This document shows positions 26,147 through 35,720 of a stretch of 64,000 nucleotides of DNA, piece after piece (positions within the stretch are counted from its first letter, which is position 1; each line of letters begins with the position of its first letter). The DNA is from Piromyces finnis finn. Lineage: Eukaryota > Fungi > Neocallimastigomycota. Position numbers and translations under genes: made by a program. The notes beneath the pieces were generated by a model. That model saw only the letters and a program-made list of their open reading frames with translations, searched no databases and was not told where the DNA came from. Location of the stretch: NCBI GenBank assembly GCA_002104945.1, contig MCFH01000001.1, positions 248,001 through 312,000 on the forward strand, read 5' to 3'.

Positions 26147-28695
26147 ATGGTTACTGCTACTAATCTTGGTTTCGGACGTATTGGTATTAAGCGTCAATTA
26201 AAGTTCCTTGTTGAAAAATACTGGAACGGTAAGGTTACTTACGATGAATTAATTGAAGGTTCTAAGGTAAATAAATAAACAAATAAACAATGATAACTTT
26301 TAAAGAATAAAAATTAATCAAGTAGAATGTTAAATTGAAAATATAATAATAATGAAAAAGGATAAAACATTTAAATAAAGGAAAATAAAGATAATAGTGT
26401 ATTAAAAATAAATTGTTAAAATTATTTATTTTTTATAATATATATATATATATATATATATAATTATTTTAAAAGAACCTCCGTGCTGCTCACTGGACTG
26501 CTCAAAAGGAAGCTGGTATTGCTGATGGTCACATTCCATCTAACGATTTCTCTTACTACGATCATGTTTTAGATAATTCTTTCATGATTGGTGCTATCCC
26601 AGAAAGATACCAAAAGTTAGATATTGTTCCAGTTGAAAGATACTTCGCTATGGCTAGAGGTTACCAACGTGATGATATTGATGTTCAAGCTATGGAAATG
26701 AAGAAGTGGTACGATACCAACTACCACTTTATTGTTCCAGAATTAGTTGAAAACCAAGAATTCAAGTTAGCTTACAAGGTTAAGGCTGTCGATGAATTCC
26801 TTGAAGCTAAGGAATTAGGTATCAAGACTCGTCCAGTTTTACAAGGTCCAATTACTTACTTATTACAAGCTAAGGTTAAGGGTGTTGATGCTTCCTTCAA
26901 CAATTTAACTCACTTCGTTCCACGTATTATTCCAGTTTACGTTGAAATCTTAAAGCGCTTAGCTGATGCTGGTGCTGAATGGATTCAATTTGATGAATCT
27001 TACTTAGTTATGGATATTGTTAATGAAAAGTACACCAAGGAAATTATCCAAAACGCTTACCAAACTGTTTACAAGGCTTTCAAGGAAGCTGTTCCAAGCC
27101 TTAAGTTCTTAATTGCTACTTACTTCGACAAGGTCGATTCTAACATTGAATTCGTTGAAGCTATTGCCAATGAAATTGACGGTTTACACATTGATCTTGT
27201 TCGTGCTCCACAACAACTTCAACCAGTTGTTGAAAAGGTCAAGTCTTTCTCTAAGAAGATTGTTTTATCTGTTGGTGTTATTGATGGTCGTAACATCTGG
27301 AAGACTGATTTAAGTAAGGCTATTAAGACTGTTCAAGTTGCCATTGATGCTCTTGGTTCTGAAAACGTTTTCGTTGCTCCATCTTGCAGTTTACTTCACG
27401 TTCCACACACTCTTTCTACTGAAGAAAACATTAAGAACAACAGTCCAGAAGTTTACGATTGGTTATCTTTCGCTGTTGAAAAGCTTGATGAAATCAGCAC
27501 TGTTGCTAAGGCTGTTAACGGTGAAAATGTTAGCGAAAAGCTTGAAGCTAACCAAAAGTCTATTAACAACCGTAGCACTTCACCACTTATCCACAAGCCA
27601 GAAGTTAAGGAAGCTGTTAAGAATGTTACCCCAGAAATGCTTACTCGTGGTACCCCATTCGCTGAACGTATTGTTGCTCAACAAAAGATTCTTAACCTTC
27701 CAAAGTTCCCAACCACCACTATTGGTTCTTACCCACAATCTAAGGAAGTCCGTTTAACTCGTCAAAAGTTCCGTAAGGGTGAAATTACTAAGGAAGAATA
27801 CGATCAATTCATTAAGGATGAAACTCTTCGTTGCATTAAGAAGCAAGAAGAATACGGTTTAGATGTTATTGTCCACGGTGAATTCGAACGTACTGATATG
27901 GTTGAATTCTTCGGTGAAAAGATGGAAGGTTACATCTTCTCTCAATTCGGTTGGGTTCAAAGTTACGGTTCTAGATGTGTTAAGCCACCAATTCTTTACG
28001 GTGATATTGTTCGTCCACAACCAATGACTGTTGAAATGATCAAGTACGCTCAAACTTGTACTGAAAAGCCAGTTAAGGGTATGTTAACTGGTCCAGTTAC
28101 TATTCTTCAATGGTCTTTCGTTCGTGATGACCAACCAAGATCTACTACCGCTTACCAACTTGCCTTAGCTATCCGTAAGGAAGTTAAGGATCTTGAAGAA
28201 GCCGGTATTAAGGTCATTCAAGTTGATGAAGCTGCTCTTCGTGAAGGTTTACCATTAAGAAAGGCTGATCAAGACAACTACCTTCAATGGGCTATTGATA
28301 CTTTCTTATTAGCTACTTGCTGTGTCAAGCCAACTACTCAAGTTCACACTCACATGTGTTACAGTGATTTCAACGATATCTTCACTTCTATTAAGAGAAT
28401 GGATACTGATGCTATTACTATTGAAAACTCCAGATCTGACTTAAAGCTCTTAAATGCTTTCAAGCAATACGGTTACACTAACGGTATTGGTCCAGGTATG
28501 TACGATATTCACTCTCCACGTGTTCCATCTTACGAAGAAATTCTTGAACGTGCTCGTGAAACTCTTAAGTACATTGACTCTGAATTATTATGGATCAACC
28601 CAGATTGTGGTTTAAAGACTCGTGGTTGGGCTGAAGTCGAACCATCCTTAAAGAACCTTGTTCAAGTTGCTGTTACTCTCCGTAAGGAAAACTAA
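26147..28695 (+). CDS. MET6: cobalamin-independent methionine synthase (exons 26147-26266 and 26476-28695, ~779 aa)
   Basis: N-terminus [13 protein letters not shown]; [63 protein letters not shown]; Zn ligands THMCYSDF and NPDCGLKTR. Strong optimal-codon bias (CGT, AAG, TTC, TAC, AAC) suggests high expression. Confidence 0.98.
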
Positions 28696-29519
28696 ATTTA
28701 GAAATAAATTTTTTATCTTTAATAGTAAGGATAAATTCCTTATGAAGACATTTTCTTAAAAGTTGATTGTTTTAAGAAAATTTAAATAACAAATATATGA
28801 ATAAAGCGTTTTTTAATCGTGAAAGAAAACATGTAAACTAGAAAACGAATTTGAAACCAAAATTATGAAAGATACACAAAAATAATTATAAAAATAATCA
28901 AAACCCTACCTTTTTTATTTCCATTTTTTTTTTGTAAAAAAAAAAAAAACCCAAAAATTATAAACCAAAAATTAATCTTATCGATTTAAAACTAATCAAT
29001 AATTTATAATAATCATATTTAAAAGCACATATTTATCTAAAGAAAAAAAACATTAATATACGTTTTGCTTATAGAAATTTTAATTTTTTTAAAATTTTTA
29101 TTTTTTTTAGAATCCTAACTATTTAAGCACATAATTTCTATTATAAAAAAGAAACATTTCATTATAATTTTTTTAGAAGCATAATTTATAAATATCATTT
29201 ATGTAAATAATGAAATAAATAATTATAAAAAAACATAATAAAAATAAAAAATAAAAAAAAAATTAAAAAAAAAAAAAAAAAAGTAATTAGAGTGTTTATA
29301 TTTTGAATTTTATATTATTGTAAATATTTAGTAAGAGGAATAAAATTTTATATTGAATTTTTATTCTAGAGCTATAGAAGTTAAAATTTTAAAATAGTTT
29401 ATATCATTAGTAGCACAATGTGTTCCTTTTTGGTGGAATTTTAGTTTATGATTTGGTTATTAGATTGTCCAAGCTGCTAAATTTGTTGATCCAGTTTGTC
29501 CTAACTACTGTCCATTCCC

Positions 29520-29648
29520 GGGCCAGCGCAACCAATGGAGATCATAATTTTGTCCCATGATAAAATTTTGATCTTTGGCTCGGTGTCCCATTGGAAGTCA
29601 AATACAATTATTATACTTTAGTATGATAGTGGCTTTCTTACTTTAATT
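29520..29648 (+). repeat. 129-bp direct repeat, copy 1 (copy 2 at 35019-35147)
   Basis: gggccagcgcaacc...ttcttactttaatt occurs twice, with one visible mismatch (ggaagtc versus ggaaatc). Confidence 0.95.
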
Positions 29649-29649
29649 T

Positions 29650-29896
29650 CCCTCTTGGGAACGTGCCTTCATTTATTTAATAAATGTAGTTTCTCAAGGG
29701 GGTCTACTCATGCTCATGGTACTGAGAGAGTAGAAAGAATTAAATCCAAGTATTGCGCAATGGATGCTTGGTGCCCTCTTAGGAATGTGCCTTCATTTAT
29801 TTAATAAATGTAGTTTCTCAAGGGGGTCTACTCATGCTCATGGTACTGAGAGAGTAGAAAGAATTAAATCCAAGCATTGCGCAATGGATGCTTGGT
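29650..29896 (+). repeat. tandem duplication of a ~124-bp hairpin-rich monomer
   Basis: ccctctt(g/a)ggaa(c/t)gtgccttc...atggatgcttggt starts at 29650 and again at 29774, with about 3 differences. Confidence 0.95.
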
Positions 29897-30544
29897 TAGT
29901 CTTCAAGGGAAAATTATTAGGACTAAGCTCATGGTACTGAGCGATTAAAAAACATTTTATTCATCGAATTTAAGTATTTGATGAATAAGTTGAATGTTTG
30001 ATATTCAGGTAAGTTTGTATAGTATTTAATTAGAAGAGTAATACATTTTGTTGCTGTATTTTTTCTTTTATTCATGTATTCTTGTAGTACTACTCTTCTC
30101 TTGTAAGAATCCAATGTAGTCAACTTTAGCATTTGCATTGTACTTTTATATTCATGTAGCTATTGTTGTATTGTTTCTTGTAAGAGACTGATTCACTCTA
30201 CATCATGTAAAAATACTATTCACAAGCTTTCTGGTGTCGACATTCTTGATTCAAATTTTTTACCAATTTAAATATTTAATGAAAAGTAAAGTCAAACAAG
30301 TTTAGTGTCAAAAAGCGATTCGAATTTACTAACAACAAACCAAAACTAGAATTTTTAAAAAAAGTTAACAACTAGAATTCAAAAAAAGAAACTTTAAACT
30401 TTAAACAAAGTATCGTAACAATTTTTGTACTATCCAGTACTTTTAAGAAGAGAGAGAGAGACAGATTTTTTCCATATACGTTATATTTATAATTTTTATT
30501 AGTATTTATTTTATATTCAATTTTTTTAATTAGAATTAATTATC

Positions 30545-33500
30545 ATGTCAGTCCTTTATATTAAAGATAAGAATTATATCAGACGTGGTACCCGGTCTTA
30601 TGGTATCCCCTTAGATGATATTCGCTCCTTCTTTATCCGTGGTATTCGATCATGGTCAGTAAATATGCTATGGGAAAAACTCGAGGTTATTCTAGAAGAT
30701 AAATTTAATTCAGTTATTAGTGTTAAATATTTTCAGACTTTCAATGATCACTTTTTCTTAGTCAAGGTTCATGGTTCATCGAAAGATTGTATTAAAATCT
30801 TACACATGTTAAAGAAGAAACTTTCAGTTACCTCAATTTCCTTTTCAGCTCGTAGTAGAAGGAATCACAAATACACTTTTTCCACTCTCAAACGTAAAAT
30901 TTTAGTTTCTAATAAACATCAACATTCTATTCAACAATCATTTCAACAATCAGTTCAACAATCTCATCAACAATCCGATCTTCAACTAGATCTTCAACAA
31001 GATCTTCAACAAGTTTCCAATCATGAAAATATTCCAGATCTACAGCAAACACAATTTCAATCTCAACATTCAACAATTAATTCTAATAGCTCTATCAACT
31101 CTGATAACAGTTCAATAGTTGATAGTTCTTCAGTTTCACAGCCATCTAGTAATAGTTCTACTTATTCCTCTGATGCATCATCCATTAATAACGATGACTT
31201 TAATAATAATAATAATAGCAACGATTCTTCCTCATCCAACAAGCCTGATAACTTTTCTTTTTGTCTTAGTTGGAACACCAATGGGTGGAATCACGAAAAG
31301 AGAGATAGTATTAGCTATTTCACAGCTATTTTCAAACCATTATTTTTATGTTTCCAAGAAACTGGTAATGGTTCTGGATCGAATACAGATTATCCTTGTC
31401 GTGTTACTTTGCGAAACTATAGACACTTTTTCAAGAAAGCTGACGAATCAGTTCCAGGAATGAGAGGTTTATATTTAGGTTTTCACAATTCATGTCAAGC
31501 CTCACTTGAAAACTTCTCTGGAAAGTACATTATTTCTATTTATACTTTTAGTCTCTGGAATAGATTCAAATGCTCGATTGGTAATGTTTATATGCCTCAT
31601 AGTCATCACAACATCTATGTTGATCATGCAAAGTTAGAAGTTCGCTTGTGGTTACAAACTCATTCATCCCATCCATCGATTCTTGTTGGTGATTTTAATA
31701 TGTCTAAAGTAAAATTATCCAACTGGTTATCAACTAATGGATTAGGAGATTGGGAAATTCTTCCGCTTAGAGGGTCGACTATCTCTTGGACTCGAGGTGA
31801 TCAATCTTCCGACATTGACTATGCTCTTATTAATTCGAAGATGAAAGATCTTATTCACTCAGGATCATTTATAAATAATTTTTATCCTGTATCAGACCAT
31901 AAGCCACTTCTTATTAATGGTAAAATTATTCCTATGGAAGATTTTTCTAATGACTTTAATGTTCCTAAGAAAATTCTGAAATGGAATAGATTAAAATGTA
32001 TTGAGGAAAAGGAATCTATTCTCAGTCATAATAAATTCCAAATACTTTCAGCAAAATCCAACGATCCTAATGTTTCTACAGATGAACTTTCCAAAGAGTT
32101 TACTTCAACTGCTTTTTCAATTGCAGACGAGCTCAGTATTACTTCAGCAAATAATGTTTTAAAGTCTTCATTTCATATTTCACAACAAATTTTTAATCTT
32201 CAAAAAATCAAAATGAAGTTGTATAAGAGATTTAAAAAAGAAAGAATTTATGATATAGATGAATTTATTAAAAGAATTAAAATCTACCGTAAACTCATTG
32301 ATTACATCCACAAAAGATGTAATGAATTTAGGAAGCAAGAATATCTTCATTGGATTAAAACAGGATGTGAGTATATGAAGAGTCATAATCCTAAGAAGGC
32401 CTGGAAATGGATCAAGAAAACTGCAAAAATTGGAAAAGATTCTTTCTTTATTGCTCAACCAATTAAAAATAAAAATGGAGAATTAGTTGTTGCTACGGAA
32501 GAACAACTAGATGTGTGGCATGATCATTTCGAAAATCTTGCATCAGACCCAAGTGGTGTAAGTCTTGATTTGGAGCATTGGTATGAAGAACCAACGAATA
32601 AACGTTTTTCACTTCCTATGCTTGATGAGTGGGATATCAACCAAGATATTAGTATTGATGAAGTCAAGTCAGCTATCCTCACTACTCCAAATTATAAAGC
32701 ATCAGGTCCGGATGGTATTCCAATTGAATTTTACAAAGCATTAGTTCCATCAAGTAATGATTCTAATAATGCTACAGATAATAATTCTTCTGGTAATACT
32801 ACTTCAGATAATGATGCTCATGGTTTAAATTTTATTCTTAAATTATTCAACCGTATTTGGGATGGAGATTTCCCCAACTCATGGAATGAATCCAGTATTG
32901 TTTCTATTCCTAAGAAGGGAGATTTGACAGATTGTGATAACTATCGAGGTATATCACTTATCAATAATGGTATTAAGTTGATTTCCAAAATTGTCACCAC
33001 TAGAATCTCAGAATATGGTTTAAAGAATAATTTCATTAGACCTGAACAATTTGGTTTTCGAAAAAAGGAAGAAAGTATTAGTCTTTTCATTTCAATCCAA
33101 GAAATATGCCGTAGACGTCAATTAGATAATAAAGAGACATATTTGGCCTTTTTAGATCTCAGGAAAGCATACGATTCAGTCCCAATCGGTAATATTCTCC
33201 ATAAATTAGATTGTTTAGGAATCCGAGGTAAGAGTTTACAATTTATCAAAAATTTATATTTAACATCTAAGGCTAATGTCAAATTAGATGGACAATTCTC
33301 GAAATCTTTTGATGTGAAGAAAGGAGTCCGTCAAGGTTGCCCTCTTTCTCCTATTCTCTTTAATCTCTTTATTAATGATATATTTAGAGAGTGCGAAGAT
33401 CTAGGAGTCAGTTTAGGTGACACTCGATGCTGTGGTGGACTTTTTGCAGATGATATAATTATTTGTGCTCCAACAAGAGGATGCTTAAAAAAGATGCTTA

Positions 33501-35059
33501 GAAGAGTTAATGAATGGGCATTGTATAATGAAATGGAATTTGGTATCCAGAAATGTTCAACGATGGTGATTCGTCCTGAATCAATAGAAAATCAGAACAA
33601 GAGAGATCCAACATTTTACTTAGCAGGACAACCCATTCCAACTACTGATTGTTATACTTATCTTGGTGTTCCATTTGATAAGAATCTGTCCCTTAAACCA
33701 GTAATTAAAGCTCTTAATAACAAGGTTTTGAAAGGGCTTTTCTCAGTCAGTAAATTCTTAAGAAATCCTAATATTCCTATTCCCTTCAAAAAGCTAGTAC
33801 TTAACTCACAAGTGATTAGCAGAGTTTCATACTTTGCACCATTACTTGGATCCAACAAAGCTAGGTCTAGGATTGCTCAGAAGCATGTTAACAAAGGAAT
33901 ACGATGGGTTGCCGGAGTTCATAAAGCTGTATCGTTTATATCTTTATACTCTATCTCAAAAGATTTGAATATTCCTCCATTGTCAGCCAAATGTGCGTTA
34001 GCTCAGGTTAGATGTTTTAACAAATGGAAAAACTCAAATTGTATTATCTCACACCTTGTTAATTACATTCCTAAATTTAGAAAATACACGTGGTGCAAAT
34101 CAAGTAGGACACTTGATAAAAAATTAAAGAAACATGGAGATGTTAAAGCAGTTAAAAACTTTTATTGGAAAGATCTCAAAGGGAATTCAATCAAAGCGCA
34201 ATATTATGATGATAATAAATTTATTGAAACTAAAGATTTTATTAAATTATGTTATGAATACCCAGAGTTTGCCTATGGCTTCTACTGGCTATTGAAAGCA
34301 AGAAGCGGATACAAGTTGGATGCTAGAGTTGCCAAAGCTGCCAAATTTGTTGATCCAGTTTGTCCTAACTACTGTCCATGTTGCAAGTGTGGAGATCAAA
34401 GTATTAAACATTGGTTATTAGATTGTCCAACATTTAGAGATATCCGTATTAAATATTATGTTTCTATAGTCCATCTATTAAATTTTTTCAGTCAACGTAA
34501 TTCCAATAGTCCTATCAATAATAATGAAATTGATAATGTCAGCAGAGATAGCAATAACAGTAATAGTAATAGTAACAATAGTAATAATAACAATAGTAAT
34601 AATAACAATAGTAATAATAACAATAGTAGTTATAGAAATAATAATACTAGTAATGATAGCAATAGTGAAGATAATAATTCTAATTTAGATAGTAATTTAG
34701 TTAATGATAGTAATAATTCTAATAATCCGGTGAATATTAAAGTGTATGATTATTCTAGTGTGTGCAGTAAAATATTTAAATTCCTTCTTGGGGGAAGAAG
34801 TTTTAACAATATCAATTACAATTCAAGGGAATGGAAAGAACTTTGCAAGTGTCTGATTCAATCTGGTACTAATGAAGGAACACCATTCTTGACGGTAACC
34901 GCGGAACTTCTAACCAAAATCATGCCTTTTGCTATTGGCCAGCAATGGTCAATGTTCAAAAGGTTTGAAGCATCATCCAAGAGCGTCAATGCTGAAGAAA
35001 CAGTAAGACAGGCCAGGAGGGCCAGCGCAACCAATGGAGATCATAATTTTGTCCCATGA
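30545..35059 (+). CDS. LINE polyprotein: APE endonuclease, reverse transcriptase and CCHC Zn knuckle (1504 aa)
   Basis: APE motifs LSWNTNG, FQETG, GNVYMP, LVGDFN, IDYALI, SDHKPL; RT motifs ASGPDGIP, NYRGISL, EQFGFR, FLDLRKAYDSV, GVRQGCPLSPILFN, LFADD, YTYLGV; C-terminal CPCCKCGDQSIKHWLLDC. Confidence 0.97.
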   Translation: MSVLYIKDKNYIRRGTRSYGIPLDDIRSFFIRGIRSWSVNMLWEKLEVILEDKFNSVISVKYFQTFNDHFFLVKVHGSSKDCIKILHMLKKKLSVTSISFSARSRRNHKYTFSTLKRKILVSNKHQHSIQQSFQQSVQQSHQQSDLQLDLQQDLQQVSNHENIPDLQQTQFQSQHSTINSNSSINSDNSSIVDSSSVSQPSSNSSTYSSDASSINNDDFNNNNNSNDSSSSNKPDNFSFCLSWNTNGWNHEKRDSISYFTAIFKPLFLCFQETGNGSGSNTDYPCRVTLRNYRHFFKKADESVPGMRGLYLGFHNSCQASLENFSGKYIISIYTFSLWNRFKCSIGNVYMPHSHHNIYVDHAKLEVRLWLQTHSSHPSILVGDFNMSKVKLSNWLSTNGLGDWEILPLRGSTISWTRGDQSSDIDYALINSKMKDLIHSGSFINNFYPVSDHKPLLINGKIIPMEDFSNDFNVPKKILKWNRLKCIEEKESILSHNKFQILSAKSNDPNVSTDELSKEFTSTAFSIADELSITSANNVLKSSFHISQQIFNLQKIKMKLYKRFKKERIYDIDEFIKRIKIYRKLIDYIHKRCNEFRKQEYLHWIKTGCEYMKSHNPKKAWKWIKKTAKIGKDSFFIAQPIKNKNGELVVATEEQLDVWHDHFENLASDPSGVSLDLEHWYEEPTNKRFSLPMLDEWDINQDISIDEVKSAILTTPNYKASGPDGIPIEFYKALVPSSNDSNNATDNNSSGNTTSDNDAHGLNFILKLFNRIWDGDFPNSWNESSIVSIPKKGDLTDCDNYRGISLINNGIKLISKIVTTRISEYGLKNNFIRPEQFGFRKKEESISLFISIQEICRRRQLDNKETYLAFLDLRKAYDSVPIGNILHKLDCLGIRGKSLQFIKNLYLTSKANVKLDGQFSKSFDVKKGVRQGCPLSPILFNLFINDIFRECEDLGVSLGDTRCCGGLFADDIIICAPTRGCLKKMLRRVNEWALYNEMEFGIQKCSTMVIRPESIENQNKRDPTFYLAGQPIPTTDCYTYLGVPFDKNLSLKPVIKALNNKVLKGLFSVSKFLRNPNIPIPFKKLVLNSQVISRVSYFAPLLGSNKARSRIAQKHVNKGIRWVAGVHKAVSFISLYSISKDLNIPPLSAKCALAQVRCFNKWKNSNCIISHLVNYIPKFRKYTWCKSSRTLDKKLKKHGDVKAVKNFYWKDLKGNSIKAQYYDDNKFIETKDFIKLCYEYPEFAYGFYWLLKARSGYKLDARVAKAAKFVDPVCPNYCPCCKCGDQSIKHWLLDCPTFRDIRIKYYVSIVHLLNFFSQRNSNSPINNNEIDNVSRDSNNSNSNSNNSNNNNSNNNNSNNNNSSYRNNNTSNDSNSEDNNSNLDSNLVNDSNNSNNPVNIKVYDYSSVCSKIFKFLLGGRSFNNINYNSREWKELCKCLIQSGTNEGTPFLTVTAELLTKIMPFAIGQQWSMFKRFEASSKSVNAEETVRQARRASATNGDHNFVP

Positions 35060-35320
35060 TAAAATTTTGATCTTTGGCTCGGTGTCCCATTGGAAATCAA
35101 ATACAATTATTATACTTTAGTATGATAGTGGCTTTCTTACTTTAATTAAAATTACTAGAATACATTATACCCAATTTTTATTCATTTGTGTTTATTTAAA
35201 CCTATTTTTTTTTTAATTTTTTATTTTTATTTTTAATTTTTTATATTACATGTATTATAATTGTAATTAAATTAATAATAAAGTTTAAAATATTTGATGC
35301 CGTTAAAAAAAAAAAAAAAA

Positions 35321-35720
35321 GGCGGAACAATGACATTTGAATGAACAACTTTACAGTTCATCGGGGTCTCATGTTCCATAGGTCGGGGGTCTCGCGGCTT
35401 TTCTTACTAAAACAATCCCTATCATTAGTAGCTCTATGAGGCTACTTTTTGATAGGTTTAGTAAGACACCTAACGTTATCGAGAGCGCCGACGTCGTACC
35501 GATATGGCAAAGGAACATTCCTAATGTTCCGTACACAAGGTTCAATGTTGGTATTTCTTTGAATGAAAACATTATGAGCTCATGGGAGGGAGAGTTTAGT
35601 GGGCATTACACTATTCTATCTACATGGAATGTTACTTTTCTTTTTTATTTCATTTAACTTATTAGGTAGGGACCAATTCTACACACAGTACAAATTGTAG
35701 AGTTCATTGAACTTTTAGGC
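35321..35720. other. GC-elevated, self-complementary island; candidate structured ncRNA or foldback element (unidentified)
   Basis: Nested inverted repeats in 35376-35507 and a marked rise in GC over the flanks. No known RNA family motif matched by eye. Confidence 0.4.

Larger units (their letters stand above)
29453..35147 (+). mobile_element. non-LTR (LINE-type) retrotransposon with duplicated 3' end at its 5' side (left boundary approximate)
   Basis: Intact APE-RT-CCHC ORF; 129-bp direct repeat at 29520-29648 and 35019-35147; no poly(A) tail or TSD recognised. Confidence 0.9.

Noticed and set aside
29650-29943. Canonical hammerhead ribozyme
   Set aside because: CTGAGAG does not fit CUGANGA, and no matching GAAA/stem III geometry was found on either strand.
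29380-35170. Target-site duplication for the LINE, or classification as an LTR/DIRS element
   Set aside because: No convincing TSD seen. The repeats lack TG..CA ends, and the ORF has APE rather than integrase or tyrosine recombinase.
35321-35720. Identity as SRP RNA, RNase P/MRP, snR30/U17, U3 or a spliceosomal snRNA; or coding by the 67- and 73-aa ORFs
   Set aside because: Diagnostic motifs are missing (SRP helix-8 AGCAG, MRP GAAAGUCCCC). ACATTCCTA resembles snR30 m1, but no m2 or ACA box is correctly placed. The short ORFs have no recognisable motifs.
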